Assembly: GCA_022866045.1 (NCBI GenBank)
Contig: JALHTW010000028.1
Location: 1-59,840 of the forward strand
DNA: 59,840 nucleotides
Source of the DNA: Candidatus Aminicenantes bacterium
Lineage (GTDB): Bacteria > Acidobacteriota > Aminicenantia > Aminicenantales > UBA4085
Direction: 5' to 3'
The position numbers were made by a program, and so were the translations under genes. How positions within the stretch are numbered: the stretch's first letter is position 1; the number at the start of each line of letters is the position of its first letter. The notes below the pieces were generated by a model, which was given only the letters and a program-made list of their open reading frames with translations, had not been told where the DNA came from and searched no databases. Shown piece after piece: positions 26,517 through 35,996 of the stretch.

Positions 26517-27368
26517 TCAGCTTTTCTGCCGATAGGAGGCGTAGAGTTTTTTGAGCATGAGGGCGTCCGTTTCCCGGCTCGGGCTTTCACAAACGACGCT
26601 CCCCTCCACTTCGAAATCCTTGAGGGCCTGGATCCATGCGTCGTAGTGAAAATCGGAGTCCTCCAGGTTCAGGTGCTTAATCTCTCCGTTCTGGTTGTAT
26701 TCACACCCCGAGATGTGGACGTGGATATTCATAAGGGCCGGCCGGCCGAGCCTTTTTTCGACCTTTTTCAGGATGCGGTGGAAGTCGAGATAGGAATTGG
26801 CTTTTCCTTCCCTGGCGTAAAGATGGGAAAAATCGAGGCAGGGCGCGAGCCCTTCGATGTCCTGGCAGAGCGACAGGACTTCATCGAGAGAACCGAATTG
26901 GGACCTCTTTCCCATGGTCTCGATGCGCAAGACCGCGGGATTTCTCTCAGACCGAAGGATGGACGTGACTTCGGCCAAATCTTTTTTGATGACGGCATAG
27001 GTCCGTTCCGGCGTGGATGGTCCATAATAGCCGGCGTGGAAAACGACACATTTCGCGCCGCACTGCTCCGCGGCCCGGGCCGAGCGGAGGAGATGGTCCT
27101 GGCTCTGGAAGCGTTTGCCCGGTTCCGGGGAGTTGAGGTTGACGTAATAGGGTGCATGAACGCTGAGACTGATGCCGAGGGCCGAGGCTTTCTCTTTGAT
27201 CTTCGCCGCCGTGTCGCTCCCGAGCTTGACGCCCCGGACAAACTCGATCTCCAGACAGTCCAGCCTCAGTTCGTGGAGCTCGCGGATGGCCGAAAGCGAA
27301 GTGGTCTGGGACGAAGAATCAGGGACGCCGGCCGTTCCGAATAGAAGCTTTTTAGCAGCGGACGGCAT
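26517..27368 (-). CDS. Endonuclease IV-like / xylose-isomerase-like TIM-barrel protein
   Basis: GGAGG 5 nt before ATG 27368; the track ORF starts at 27380. [25 protein letters not shown] and CLDFSHLYA resemble Nfo-family metal-site motifs. The start overlaps the thiC 3' end by 17 nt. Confidence 0.7.
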   Translation of the reverse strand: MPSAAKKLLFGTAGVPDSSSQTTSLSAIRELHELRLDCLEIEFVRGVKLGSDTAAKIKEKASALGISLSVHAPYYVNLNSPEPGKRFQSQDHLLRSARAAEQCGAKCVVFHAGYYGPSTPERTYAVIKKDLAEVTSILRSERNPAVLRIETMGKRSQFGSLDEVLSLCQDIEGLAPCLDFSHLYAREGKANSYLDFHRILKKVEKRLGRPALMNIHVHISGCEYNQNGEIKHLNLEDSDFHYDAWIQALKDFEVEGSVVCESPSRETDALMLKKLYASYRQKS

Positions 27369-28659
27369 CCGGCCCTCCATGGGAGTTCAGGAATTCGGAG
27401 ACGAGTCGCATGGCGCAGAATTCGCCGCACATGGAACAAGCCTCGGTCTTGGATTTTCTTTTTTTCCGGATGTCTTCGAATTTATGAGGATCGATGGCCA
27501 GGGCTTTTTGTTTGTCCCAGTCCAATTTTTTCCGGGCTTGGGAGAGTTTCAAGTCCCTGTCCAAGGCGCCCGGCACGCCTTTGACGATGTCGGCCGCGTG
27601 GCCGGCGATCCTGGAGGCGATCAAGCCTTCCCGGACATCGTCCACGGAGGGAAGGCCGAGGTGTTCGGCCGGGGTGACGTAGCAGAGAAAATCGGCCCCA
27701 GCGGCCGCGGCGATGGCGCCGCCGATCGCTGCCACGATGTGGTCGTAGCCGGCTCCGATGTCCGTGACAAGGGGGCCCAGGACGTAGAACGGCGCGTCGT
27801 GGCAGATGCGTTTCTGGAGTTTAACATTCATCTCCACCTGGTCTAAGGGGATATGGCCCGGCCCTTCGACGATGACCTGGACATTCTGTTCCCGGGCGCG
27901 TTTGACGAGTTCTCCAAGGGTCAGAAGCTCTTCGACCTGGGGTCTGTCCGTGGCATCCAGGATGGAGCCTGGCCGGAGCCCGTCGCCGAGGCTCAGGGTG
28001 ATATCGTGAGCGCGGGCAATCTCCAGGAGGCGGTCAAAATTCTCATAGAGGGGGTTCTCTTTCTGGTTGTGAAGGATCCAGGCCAGGTGAAAGGCGCCGC
28101 CGCGCGAAACGACGTCGGCCACGCGGCCCTGGCTCTTCAACCGCTGGATGGCCTTCGAGGTCAGTCCGCAGTGAACAGTTATAAAATCGATCCCTTCCCG
28201 GGCCTGGGCCTCGATCACGGCGAAGAGGTCGTCCACGGTCATGGCCAGGATCGAGCCCCGTTTTTCGATCGCTTCGATCGCCGCCTCGTAGACCGGCACG
28301 GTTCCGAGCGGGATCGGGACCTTGTGGAGGATCGTTTTCCGGATCTTTTTCAGATCGCCCCCCGTGCTCAGATCCATGATCGTATCGGCACCGTATCTCA
28401 GGGAAACATCGACCTTTTTGAGTTCTTCTTCGAGGCCTGGGAAGTCCCGTGAGGTGCCGATATTGACGTTGACCTTCGTCCGCAGTTTCCGGCCGATGCC
28501 CAGAGGCCGAAGCCGGGGATGGTTGGAATTAAAAGGAATGACGACCTGACCTCGAGCGACCAGAGCCACGAGCTCATCAGGGTGGAGACTCTCCTCCCGG
28601 GCCACTTTCTTGAGGGCCGGCGAGATCGTTCCTTTTTTTGCGAACTCAAGTTGGGTCAT
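27352..28659 (-). CDS. thiC: Phosphomethylpyrimidine synthase (radical SAM) ThiC
   Basis: [21 protein letters not shown]-terminus, conserved core, and C-terminal [10 protein letters not shown] cluster motif. Confidence 0.9.
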   Translation of the reverse strand: MTQLEFAKKGTISPALKKVAREESLHPDELVALVARGQVVIPFNSNHPRLRPLGIGRKLRTKVNVNIGTSRDFPGLEEELKKVDVSLRYGADTIMDLSTGGDLKKIRKTILHKVPIPLGTVPVYEAAIEAIEKRGSILAMTVDDLFAVIEAQAREGIDFITVHCGLTSKAIQRLKSQGRVADVVSRGGAFHLAWILHNQKENPLYENFDRLLEIARAHDITLSLGDGLRPGSILDATDRPQVEELLTLGELVKRAREQNVQVIVEGPGHIPLDQVEMNVKLQKRICHDAPFYVLGPLVTDIGAGYDHIVAAIGGAIAAAAGADFLCYVTPAEHLGLPSVDDVREGLIASRIAGHAADIVKGVPGALDRDLKLSQARKKLDWDKQKALAIDPHKFEDIRKKRKSKTEACSMCGEFCAMRLVSEFLNSHGGPDAVRC

Positions 28660-28713
28660 GTTGGATCTTAAAAAATAGTTTACATCTCTTGGGCGGATTA
28701 TTCAACAGTTTAG

Positions 28714-28864
28714 GCTTTACCCAAAATTGCCGATAGGATTCTTTCTTCTCTGATCAGATCAAAAATAGGGTGAAGTCCGGAATTCCAGGGACACGATACC
28801 AAATCCAGAAATTTGGTTCATGTCCCGGAATTCCGTCTAGATTTCTATCGGCAATTTTGGGACT
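28714..28864. repeat. Inverted-repeat element, family C copy 2, at the GC/AT composition boundary
   Basis: Perfect 17-nt inverted repeat CCCAAAATTGCCGATAG (28720-28736) / CTATCGGCAATTTTGGG (28845-28861). Core 28787-28833 matches 26011-26059. TTAG lies on both sides (28710-28713, 28865-28868). Confidence 0.6.
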
Positions 28865-28873
28865 TTAGAGGAG

Positions 28874-28902
28874 TTGACGAAGTTATTGAATTAAGCTAAT
28901 AT
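28874..28902 (+). promoter_or_regulatory. Sigma70-like promoter of the glycan-export/assembly operon
   Basis: TTGACG (28874-28879), 17-nt spacer, TAATAT (28897-28902), 37 nt before ATG 28940. Confidence 0.45.
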
Positions 28903-28939
28903 TACCAAAAAAGTCGTGATAAACGAGGGAAATTTATCG

Positions 28940-30241
28940 ATGAAAAAACTGATACTTCAAACACTGAATTTCGCAATAATTCTGCTGTTTGTCTCCTGCG
29001 TTTCTTTCGAAAATGCTCATCTTGTGAATTTGGCCACCAAAGAGTCGCCTTCCGAAACAGACCTGATTTTAACAGCTTCAAGACCCCTTCAGGTCAAAGA
29101 GACAAAACTGGAAAATCTCCCGGGCCTCATCCTAAGTTTTTCAGAAGATAAAGTCATGAGCAGGGAGCTGGAGGTGGTGGAGGTAAATAAAGGGGCGATT
29201 AAAAGGGTCAAAAGTGAATATTTCCAGAGCGGGGGCCCGGACGAGCGCCAGTTAAATTTCATGATCGTAGAATTTACTCGGGATCTGCCCTATAAAATCT
29301 ATAAGAGCGGGAGCTCCATTATCATCAGGATAGAACATTCAGAGCCGTCTCCGGTCGGCGGCCAGACTCTGAAGACCTCAGCCAATGATAATGAAGCTCA
29401 GCCCCAAATTCAAAAATCCCCCCCGCTGAGAGAAGGAGGATATCTTGTTGGACCGGGGGATGTTCTGAGCATAGAAGTCTGGAGACAGCCCGAAGTCTCT
29501 CGTGATGTCGTTGTCGATGATGAAGGAGAAATCCGGCTGCCTCCGATAAAGAAAATCCTGGTTATGGGAATGACTGTGCCTCAAGTCGAAGAGAAGCTGA
29601 CCGAAGCTCTTTCTAAATATCTTATTGATCCTGCTGTTTTTGTTACGATTAAAGAATATAACAGTCAGAGAGTGGTTGCTTTGGGGGAAACAAAGACCGG
29701 GATGTATACCCTCAAGAGAAGGACGACGCTGGTGGAGTTTCTGGGTCAAATCGGCGGTCCGACAGGCGAGGCTGATATTTTCCATATAAAATTGATTAAA
29801 AAAGACGGACAAAGCTTCACTTACGATTTAAACGAGCTTATGAAGAATCCTCAAAAGAGCGAGGATGTTCTTGTTTCGGGAGGAGATACGCTTTATGTCC
29901 CTCCTTTAGAAATGAATAAAGTTTATGTTTTGGGCAAGGTCAATTCTCCAAAATCTATACCGATTAAAGGAAAATTAACCCTGATCGATGCCATCACAGA
30001 AGCAGGGGGGCTTTCGCCCGGCGCGGTCGCGAGGAGTATTATCATCGTTCGAGGAGAACCGGGATCCTCAAAAGGAATTCGGGTAAACCTGAATCAAATC
30101 CTTAAAAATGCCGATACGGCTCAAAATATCGAGCTCGTGCGCGGAGACATTGTTTATGTTCCGACGAGTTTTATCTCTGATCTAGAGAAATTTATGACCT
30201 TGATATCACCTCCTTTATATTGGTATGTTTGGTTAAAATAA
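28940..30241 (+). CDS. Wza-like outer-membrane polysaccharide export lipoprotein with extra N-terminal domain
   Basis: ATG 28940; the track starts at GTG 28916. Lipobox-like LLFVSC. Poly_export motif YLVGPGDVLSIEVW and two SLBB-like repeats (GGDTLYVPP, RGDIVYVP). Confidence 0.8.
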   Translation: MKKLILQTLNFAIILLFVSCVSFENAHLVNLATKESPSETDLILTASRPLQVKETKLENLPGLILSFSEDKVMSRELEVVEVNKGAIKRVKSEYFQSGGPDERQLNFMIVEFTRDLPYKIYKSGSSIIIRIEHSEPSPVGGQTLKTSANDNEAQPQIQKSPPLREGGYLVGPGDVLSIEVWRQPEVSRDVVVDDEGEIRLPPIKKILVMGMTVPQVEEKLTEALSKYLIDPAVFVTIKEYNSQRVVALGETKTGMYTLKRRTTLVEFLGQIGGPTGEADIFHIKLIKKDGQSFTYDLNELMKNPQKSEDVLVSGGDTLYVPPLEMNKVYVLGKVNSPKSIPIKGKLTLIDAITEAGGLSPGAVARSIIIVRGEPGSSKGIRVNLNQILKNADTAQNIELVRGDIVYVPTSFISDLEKFMTLISPPLYWYVWLK

Positions 30242-30277
30242 TAAACCATCTTAAAAGATGGGATTTGAGGTTGCGAA

Positions 30278-32242
30278 ATGCCTAAAGTCGAAATGAATTT
30301 GAGCGATTACTTGCGAGTCATTCGCAAAAGAAAGCGCGTTATCATTTTAGCTTTTGTCATGGTCGTCGCTGCCACATTTTTTTACACCCGTCGGCAGACT
30401 CCGATTTACAGCACATCCTGTAAAGTGAGAATCGAGCAGCGCAAATCCGTTGCGGCGATCTTGACCGAATTGATCACCTGGTCTCCCGGAGATGAAATGG
30501 CCTCTCAGGCTAATATCATTAAAAGCTATCAAATCATGGAAAAAGTCGCGGAGAAATTGAACTTCATAAATCCCTCCACGGCACCTGCCGAGCGTATCGC
30601 AAGAATCAAAGGCATCCAGGGTCAGGTTATGACAGAACAAGTTGAAAATACCAATATTATTGCGATCACAACGACTTCGGATAACCCTCAAAAGGCGGCG
30701 GTTTTAGCCAATACGATTGCCAGTGTTTATGTTGAAAGCCACTTTGAAAACAAGAAGAAAGAAACATCCAATGTCAAGGAATTTGTCAAAGCCCAATTAG
30801 ATATTTATTTAAAGGAATTGCAGGATAGTGAAATTGCCCTAGAGAAATTTCGACGGGAAAATCCATTGGTTGTGGACAGCGACCTCGCTTCAGTCCCCGT
30901 TCAATCTGATCCTCTCGTGGCGAGCCTCAAGGGGGAAATTGTTAAAATAGAGTTAGAGCTGATTTCTTTAAGAAGCAGATATACGGCCGAACATCCAGAC
31001 GTGATAGCCCTGAAGCAGAGATTGGAAAAAGCCAAGGACGATTTGTCCAAAACTTTGAGCCAGCTGACAGACAGCCAAAAAGATCTCTCGACAAAAGGAG
31101 TTCAGCTCGTTCAGTTGAAACGCAATGTTGCCTTGTCTAACGATATTTATTTGATGTTTAAAAAGAAATATGAAGAAGCGCGCATTCTGGAGGCGGAAAA
31201 AGCTCAAGATGTGACGATCATTGAACCGGCTTCGATTCCCTCCGGCCCGATAAAGCCAAACATGAATTTCAATCTCCTGATAGGAATCTTTAGCGGACTT
31301 TTGATCGGACTCATTCTTGCCTTTGTTTCAGAAAGCTTGGATATCACGATTGGCCGGATAGAGGAAATAGAAGAATCGTTCAAAGTGCCAGTTTTGGGCA
31401 TCATTCCCAGCACTTCCCTGGAAAAAAGAAAAGGAATTTTTAGGGGGAGATTTAAGAAGGAAAAACACAAGCTGGATAAAGAAAAAATCCATGAACGCCT
31501 TGTGGCCATATTTGCCCCGACAAGCGTTGCGGCCGAGGCTTATAAAGCTCTGCGCACGCATCTGGAGCTTTCGGGACTGAGAAAGAACGGAGACGGCAAC
31601 AGCCTTGTCATTACGAGCTCGGGCCCTGAAGAAGGGAAGACACAGACGTTGTGCAACTTAGCCATAGCCATCGCCCAGAGCGGCAAGAAAGTTTTAATTG
31701 TCGATTCTGATTTTAGAAAGCCTATGATATACAAGTTATTCGGCCTGAAAAGAAGCCCCGGATTAGCCAATGTTTTGATGGGGAGTGTGCCCTGGAAGAA
31801 TGCCTTAAATACCAGCACGGATATGTTGTTAGGAGGGCTTGAATTGGAGAGGATCCTTTCGACTCAAGGAATAGAGAATCTGCATGTAATGACTTGTGGA
31901 GACCGGGTTTATAATCCATCTGAATTAATCAGTTTTCCCCAAATGCGCGACCTCATCCTGGAACTCAAACGAAATTATGATATCGTCCTGTTCGACAGCC
32001 CGCCAACACTTCCCGTAACGGATTCTGCAATTCTGGGATCTCTCGTGGATGGTGTCATTCTGGTTTATCAGGCCGGGAGGACATCAAGGCATGCCCTTCT
32101 CCGGACCAAGATACAATTAGAAAGCGCACGGGCGAAAATTCTTGGAATCGTCATTAACAATCTTAAAGCTGAATTTATCGAAGATATTACTCCCTATCAG
32201 AGATACCGCTATTATGGCTATTACGGAGAGAAGAAGAAATAA
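30278..32242 (+). CDS. Wzc/GumC-like chain-length determinant fused to BY-kinase domain
   Basis: Wzz-type N-terminus with TM, long coiled coil, second TM. Walker A SSGPEEGKT, VLIVDSDFRKP, Walker B VLFDSPP. C-terminal tyrosine cluster YQRYRYYGYYG. Confidence 0.8.
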   Translation: MPKVEMNLSDYLRVIRKRKRVIILAFVMVVAATFFYTRRQTPIYSTSCKVRIEQRKSVAAILTELITWSPGDEMASQANIIKSYQIMEKVAEKLNFINPSTAPAERIARIKGIQGQVMTEQVENTNIIAITTTSDNPQKAAVLANTIASVYVESHFENKKKETSNVKEFVKAQLDIYLKELQDSEIALEKFRRENPLVVDSDLASVPVQSDPLVASLKGEIVKIELELISLRSRYTAEHPDVIALKQRLEKAKDDLSKTLSQLTDSQKDLSTKGVQLVQLKRNVALSNDIYLMFKKKYEEARILEAEKAQDVTIIEPASIPSGPIKPNMNFNLLIGIFSGLLIGLILAFVSESLDITIGRIEEIEESFKVPVLGIIPSTSLEKRKGIFRGRFKKEKHKLDKEKIHERLVAIFAPTSVAAEAYKALRTHLELSGLRKNGDGNSLVITSSGPEEGKTQTLCNLAIAIAQSGKKVLIVDSDFRKPMIYKLFGLKRSPGLANVLMGSVPWKNALNTSTDMLLGGLELERILSTQGIENLHVMTCGDRVYNPSELISFPQMRDLILELKRNYDIVLFDSPPTLPVTDSAILGSLVDGVILVYQAGRTSRHALLRTKIQLESARAKILGIVINNLKAEFIEDITPYQRYRYYGYYGEKKK

Positions 32243-32327
32243 ATCCTCAATCCAAACCGCCAATTCTTGAATATTGCTGGATGGCCGAAGGAGGGATTTG
32301 TTTTGGTCCACGAGTGAGCCGTTTAAT

Positions 32328-33695
32328 ATGCGCATAAACCTGCGGGAGCCGAGATATATCGTTCCCATTATTTCCATTTTAGCCGTCGTTATCCTTGGTG
32401 TTCTGTTGGGCCAAGTTATTAGCGGATTTTCTTATAAGATTTCTTTAATCCTGGTCTTGGGCGTCGCAATTTTTTTAGTGACTTTGATCAACATAGATGC
32501 GGGACTGTTCATTCTGATTTTATCAATGCTCCTTTCTCCAGAGATCATGTTAGGCCGCGTTCCCGGAAGAGATGTTGTCGTCCGGATTGATGATTTTTTG
32601 CTGGCGATTATCACTTTTGCCTGGTTGGCTAAGACAGCCATTTATAAAAAATTAGCTTTGTTTATTAAAACTCCTCTTAACAAGATCATCAGCCTTTATA
32701 TATTTTTGTGCCTCATTTCGACCCTACGAGGCATGGCCTTAGGATATCTCGTTCCCGCAAAAGGTCTTTTTTATCTCGCTCGATATGTTGAATATTTCTT
32801 GCTCTACATATTGGTGGCGAATCAAATTCATTCCCGGAAACAGATAAGATTCTTTCTCGCGGTTTTTTTTATTGTCTGTGCTCTTGTATCAGTTTATGGC
32901 ATGCTCCAAATTCCCTCAGGCGAAAGAGTGAGCGCTCCCTTCGAAGGAAAAGGAGGAGAACCCAATACGTTTGGCGGCTACTTGCTTTTTATTCTTTGCC
33001 TAGCGATAGGAATCTATTTGCAGGATGTTTCTCCGCGAATGAAAATGGGTTTACTTGTTCTCTCGGCTTTGATTATTTTCCCCTTTTTCTATACCTTGTC
33101 ACGGGCCTCATACATGGGCATTATCTTTTCCTTTCTTGCCATGATCGTCTTGAGCAAGAAAAAATTCTTATTAGTTTCGGTGATGACAGCACTCATCATT
33201 GCAGGAATTATGGTAAAGCCCGAAGCCGTTTTTTCAAGGGTGGAATATACATTCCAGAAAAAACAAGCCGATTTAGCCAAAATTTTTAATATTTATCTCG
33301 ATCCTTCTTCAACGGCAAGAATTGTCAGCTGGGAACAAAGCTTCCAAATATGGAAGAAGAATCCTCTTTTAGGCCGGGGAGTCGCAGGAACCCGTTTTAT
33401 AGATGGACAATACATTCTCTTTCTGTCTGAACTGGGCATTCTCGGCTTTCTTGCCTTTTTATGGCTCTTATGGGCAGTTCTAAAGCATTCTTTGGATGTC
33501 CGTAGAAAAATGGAGGATGAACTATATAAAGGCCTGACTCTTGGCTTTATAACGGGTTTTATCGGCTTAATTATTCATGCCGTAACGGCAAACACATTTA
33601 TTCTCATACGCATCATGGAACCTTTCTGGTTTATCGCAGGAATCATCATGATTCTGCCCACATTGAAAGAAGAGCCATTGGAAACAAATCTCTGA
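32328..33695 (+). CDS. O-antigen ligase / Wzy-like polymerase family membrane protein
   Basis: ATG 32328; the track starts at TTG 32274. At least 10 TM segments and a periplasmic loop GRGVAGTRFIDGQYILFLSELGILG typical of Wzy_C proteins. Confidence 0.65.
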   Translation: MRINLREPRYIVPIISILAVVILGVLLGQVISGFSYKISLILVLGVAIFLVTLINIDAGLFILILSMLLSPEIMLGRVPGRDVVVRIDDFLLAIITFAWLAKTAIYKKLALFIKTPLNKIISLYIFLCLISTLRGMALGYLVPAKGLFYLARYVEYFLLYILVANQIHSRKQIRFFLAVFFIVCALVSVYGMLQIPSGERVSAPFEGKGGEPNTFGGYLLFILCLAIGIYLQDVSPRMKMGLLVLSALIIFPFFYTLSRASYMGIIFSFLAMIVLSKKKFLLVSVMTALIIAGIMVKPEAVFSRVEYTFQKKQADLAKIFNIYLDPSSTARIVSWEQSFQIWKKNPLLGRGVAGTRFIDGQYILFLSELGILGFLAFLWLLWAVLKHSLDVRRKMEDELYKGLTLGFITGFIGLIIHAVTANTFILIRIMEPFWFIAGIIMILPTLKEEPLETNL

Positions 33696-33873
33696 GCCTA
33701 AGGATGCATGAGTGAATGCTTATGATGATAAACACCCATGTCATTCCTTCATGCACTCCGTCAAGTTGAACGTTCTTCTTTTATGGTCAATCTCCTTCAA
33801 TAGAGACGCATAACAAATCTAAATGAAGAGAGGCATCATTTAAAAGGTCGCCAACAGTATTGACATACGCAAA

Positions 33874-35199
33874 ATGACAGACAATAGGATAGGCACGAAA
33901 ACAAGGTTTATTAAAAACACCATAGCTTTAACGGGCTCGCAGGTGGGCATTAAAGCTTTATCTTTAGTGCTTGGCATATTCGTGGCAAGGTATCTTGGGG
34001 CAACAGATTATGGCAAATATTCCTTCGGCTATGCCTACATTGACCTTTTTGGGCCAGTGGCCGGTTTGGGGCTCAATCTGCTGATTGTCCGAGAGGCATC
34101 TCGGAAGCGGGAGAATGCGCCTGTTCTGGTGGGTACGTCCATGGCTTTAAAGCTCATATCCTCAATTTCTGTGGTTGGGCTTGCCTTTGTGATTCTTCAG
34201 TTTATCCCCTCTTCCCATGAGGCCAGGATTGTCGTCTATATTTTTGGATTAGGCTTCATTCTAGAACATTTGTATGGCTCCATCAGTATGGCTTTTGCCG
34301 CTTTTGAGAGGTTTGATATCTATGCTATGTTCCAGGTTATAGAGAGAATTGTGAGCTTTGCCCTAATTTTATCTCTGCTCTTCTGGGGTTTCAGGCTTAT
34401 GGCGATTTCCTGGGTTCGTCCCCTGACGGCGCTTATCATCTTGGTCCTAAATCTCTGGTTGGCTTCGAGGAAAATTCTAAAATCCAGGCTCCACTTTGAT
34501 AAGAATCTTTTTCCCTTTCTTTTAAAGGAAGGCTGGCCGTTTATGGCCGATGCGCTCTTCATGATCGTTTATTTAAAAGTCGATGTGGTTATGCTCCAGG
34601 CTTTTAAGGGTTCTACGATCGTCGGATGGTATGCTGTTGCTTCAGGGCTTCTCCTTGCGTTTATCCCTTTGCAAATGGCCGTCATTCAATCTATATTTCC
34701 CATATTTTCAAGGACTTATGTTGAAGATCACGGCTCTTTTTCCCTCTATTTTGAAAGGATTTCAAGATTCTTATTATCGACAGGAACAGCGGTTGCAGTG
34801 ATTGTGACACTCGCTGCTTCTCCGCTGGTGTCACTCCTTTATGGCAAAGAATATATCCCGTCTATCTCAATGCTCAGGATCCTGATATGGACTTTGCCAC
34901 TGATGTCTTTGAGCTCACTGGCAAGAACAGCATTAATGAGCTGCAATCTGCAGCGAACCGCACTCTGCGTGGGCGGCAGCAATGTCATCGTGAATATCGT
35001 CTTGAATCTATTCTTTATCCCCCTCTTTGGAGGGCCCGGGGCTGCCATTGTAACTGTTTTGACTGAACTTGCCGGGCTTATGATTTTTTTGATTCTTATT
35101 AAAAAGAAACTGCCATATATAAAGGTCATCAATGGCCTAAGGTTTCTCAAGGTTGATGATCTTCGGGCTATAAAAGAGCTTTTGCCAAAAAGAGGCTAA
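33874..35199 (+). CDS. Wzx-type (MOP superfamily) oligosaccharide flippase
   Basis: 441 aa with about 12-14 TM segments and a typical polysaccharide-biosynthesis-protein N-terminus (IKNTIALTGSQVGIKALSLVLGIFVARYLG). Confidence 0.75.
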   Translation: MTDNRIGTKTRFIKNTIALTGSQVGIKALSLVLGIFVARYLGATDYGKYSFGYAYIDLFGPVAGLGLNLLIVREASRKRENAPVLVGTSMALKLISSISVVGLAFVILQFIPSSHEARIVVYIFGLGFILEHLYGSISMAFAAFERFDIYAMFQVIERIVSFALILSLLFWGFRLMAISWVRPLTALIILVLNLWLASRKILKSRLHFDKNLFPFLLKEGWPFMADALFMIVYLKVDVVMLQAFKGSTIVGWYAVASGLLLAFIPLQMAVIQSIFPIFSRTYVEDHGSFSLYFERISRFLLSTGTAVAVIVTLAASPLVSLLYGKEYIPSISMLRILIWTLPLMSLSSLARTALMSCNLQRTALCVGGSNVIVNIVLNLFFIPLFGGPGAAIVTVLTELAGLMIFLILIKKKLPYIKVINGLRFLKVDDLRAIKELLPKRG

Positions 35200-35234
35200 T
35201 GCGAGAATAATAAGCCCTTACAGAAGGAACTTCA

Positions 35235-35996
35235 ATGAAGAAATATTTAGAAAGAATTTCAGAAAGTGAAAAGGATATGGCTGTTTTCAAATGCCATCAC
35301 GCCCAGTATAAATTTGCAAAGGCGTATGTCTTGGGAAAAACTGTCTTGGATGCTGGCTGTGGCAATGGTTATGGTGCTTATTATCTGTCTGGTTGGGCAG
35401 ATCGGATTATTGGCCTGGATATTTCCGCTGAAGCCATCACGTATGCCCACGCCCGCCATCCAAGAGAGAATATCCGATATGTCAGAGGTCACTGCGCTTT
35501 GCTTCCTTTTCATGATCATTCTTTTGATATAATCTGCAGTTTTGAAGTGATAGAGCACATCCCTGATTATTCTGGCTTTCTTGCGGAAATGGAAAGGACT
35601 TTAAAACCGGGAGGAATGACGGTCATTTCTACACCGAATAAAAGGATATCCTTCTCGCCTGGCAAGACTTCGGCTAATCCTTATCATCTTCATGAGTTTT
35701 CAGCGGAGGATTTCAAAGATTTGCTTCGGCCTCACTTTCGAGGTGTAACACTCTATGGCCAAAAGGGGAGCGAGAAACTCAAAGAAGTCTTTCGGGGAAA
35801 CAAATTCAAGCGGTTTCTGGCAAAAATAGATTTTCTTGGAGTTCATCGTTTTTTGTCCGAAAAGGTTTATGAAAAATGGGCAAGAATCTTGGGATTTGCC
35901 ATACAAAAAGATATTACGGAAGACGATTACTTTTTTGTGGATTCAGAAATCGATACCGCCGAACAACTGATCGCCGTTTGTAAAAAAGACCAATGA
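35235..35996 (+). CDS. Class I SAM-dependent methyltransferase
   Basis: Motif I VLDAGCGNGYGAYYL and post-I/II motifs (FDIICSFEVIEHI). Confidence 0.75.
   Translation: MKKYLERISESEKDMAVFKCHHAQYKFAKAYVLGKTVLDAGCGNGYGAYYLSGWADRIIGLDISAEAITYAHARHPRENIRYVRGHCALLPFHDHSFDIICSFEVIEHIPDYSGFLAEMERTLKPGGMTVISTPNKRISFSPGKTSANPYHLHEFSAEDFKDLLRPHFRGVTLYGQKGSEKLKEVFRGNKFKRFLAKIDFLGVHRFLSEKVYEKWARILGFAIQKDITEDDYFFVDSEIDTAEQLIAVCKKDQ

Noticed and set aside
26267-26554. 95-aa ORF in the long gap downstream of the nfo-like gene
   Set aside because: It has an R/K/S-rich, low-complexity translation and no SD, overlaps the convergent gene's 3' end, and sits on nested hairpins. More likely non-coding.
6150-28864. 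Whether the recurring palindromic elements could be a CRISPR array or remnants of one
   Set aside because: The copies are kilobases apart in separate intergenic regions, 140-180 nt long and in different orientations, with no regular repeat-spacer periodicity and no cas genes.
28660-28939. Expected TPP (THI-box) riboswitch in the thiC leader
   Set aside because: Reading the minus strand I could not find the CUGAGA ... ACCUGAUCUGGAUAAUGCCAGCG core. The nearest string (ACCCUAUUUUUGAUCUGAUCAGAGAAG) has the elements in the wrong order and lies inside the family C repeat. A covariance-model search with RF00059 would be decisive; a significant hit would overturn this.
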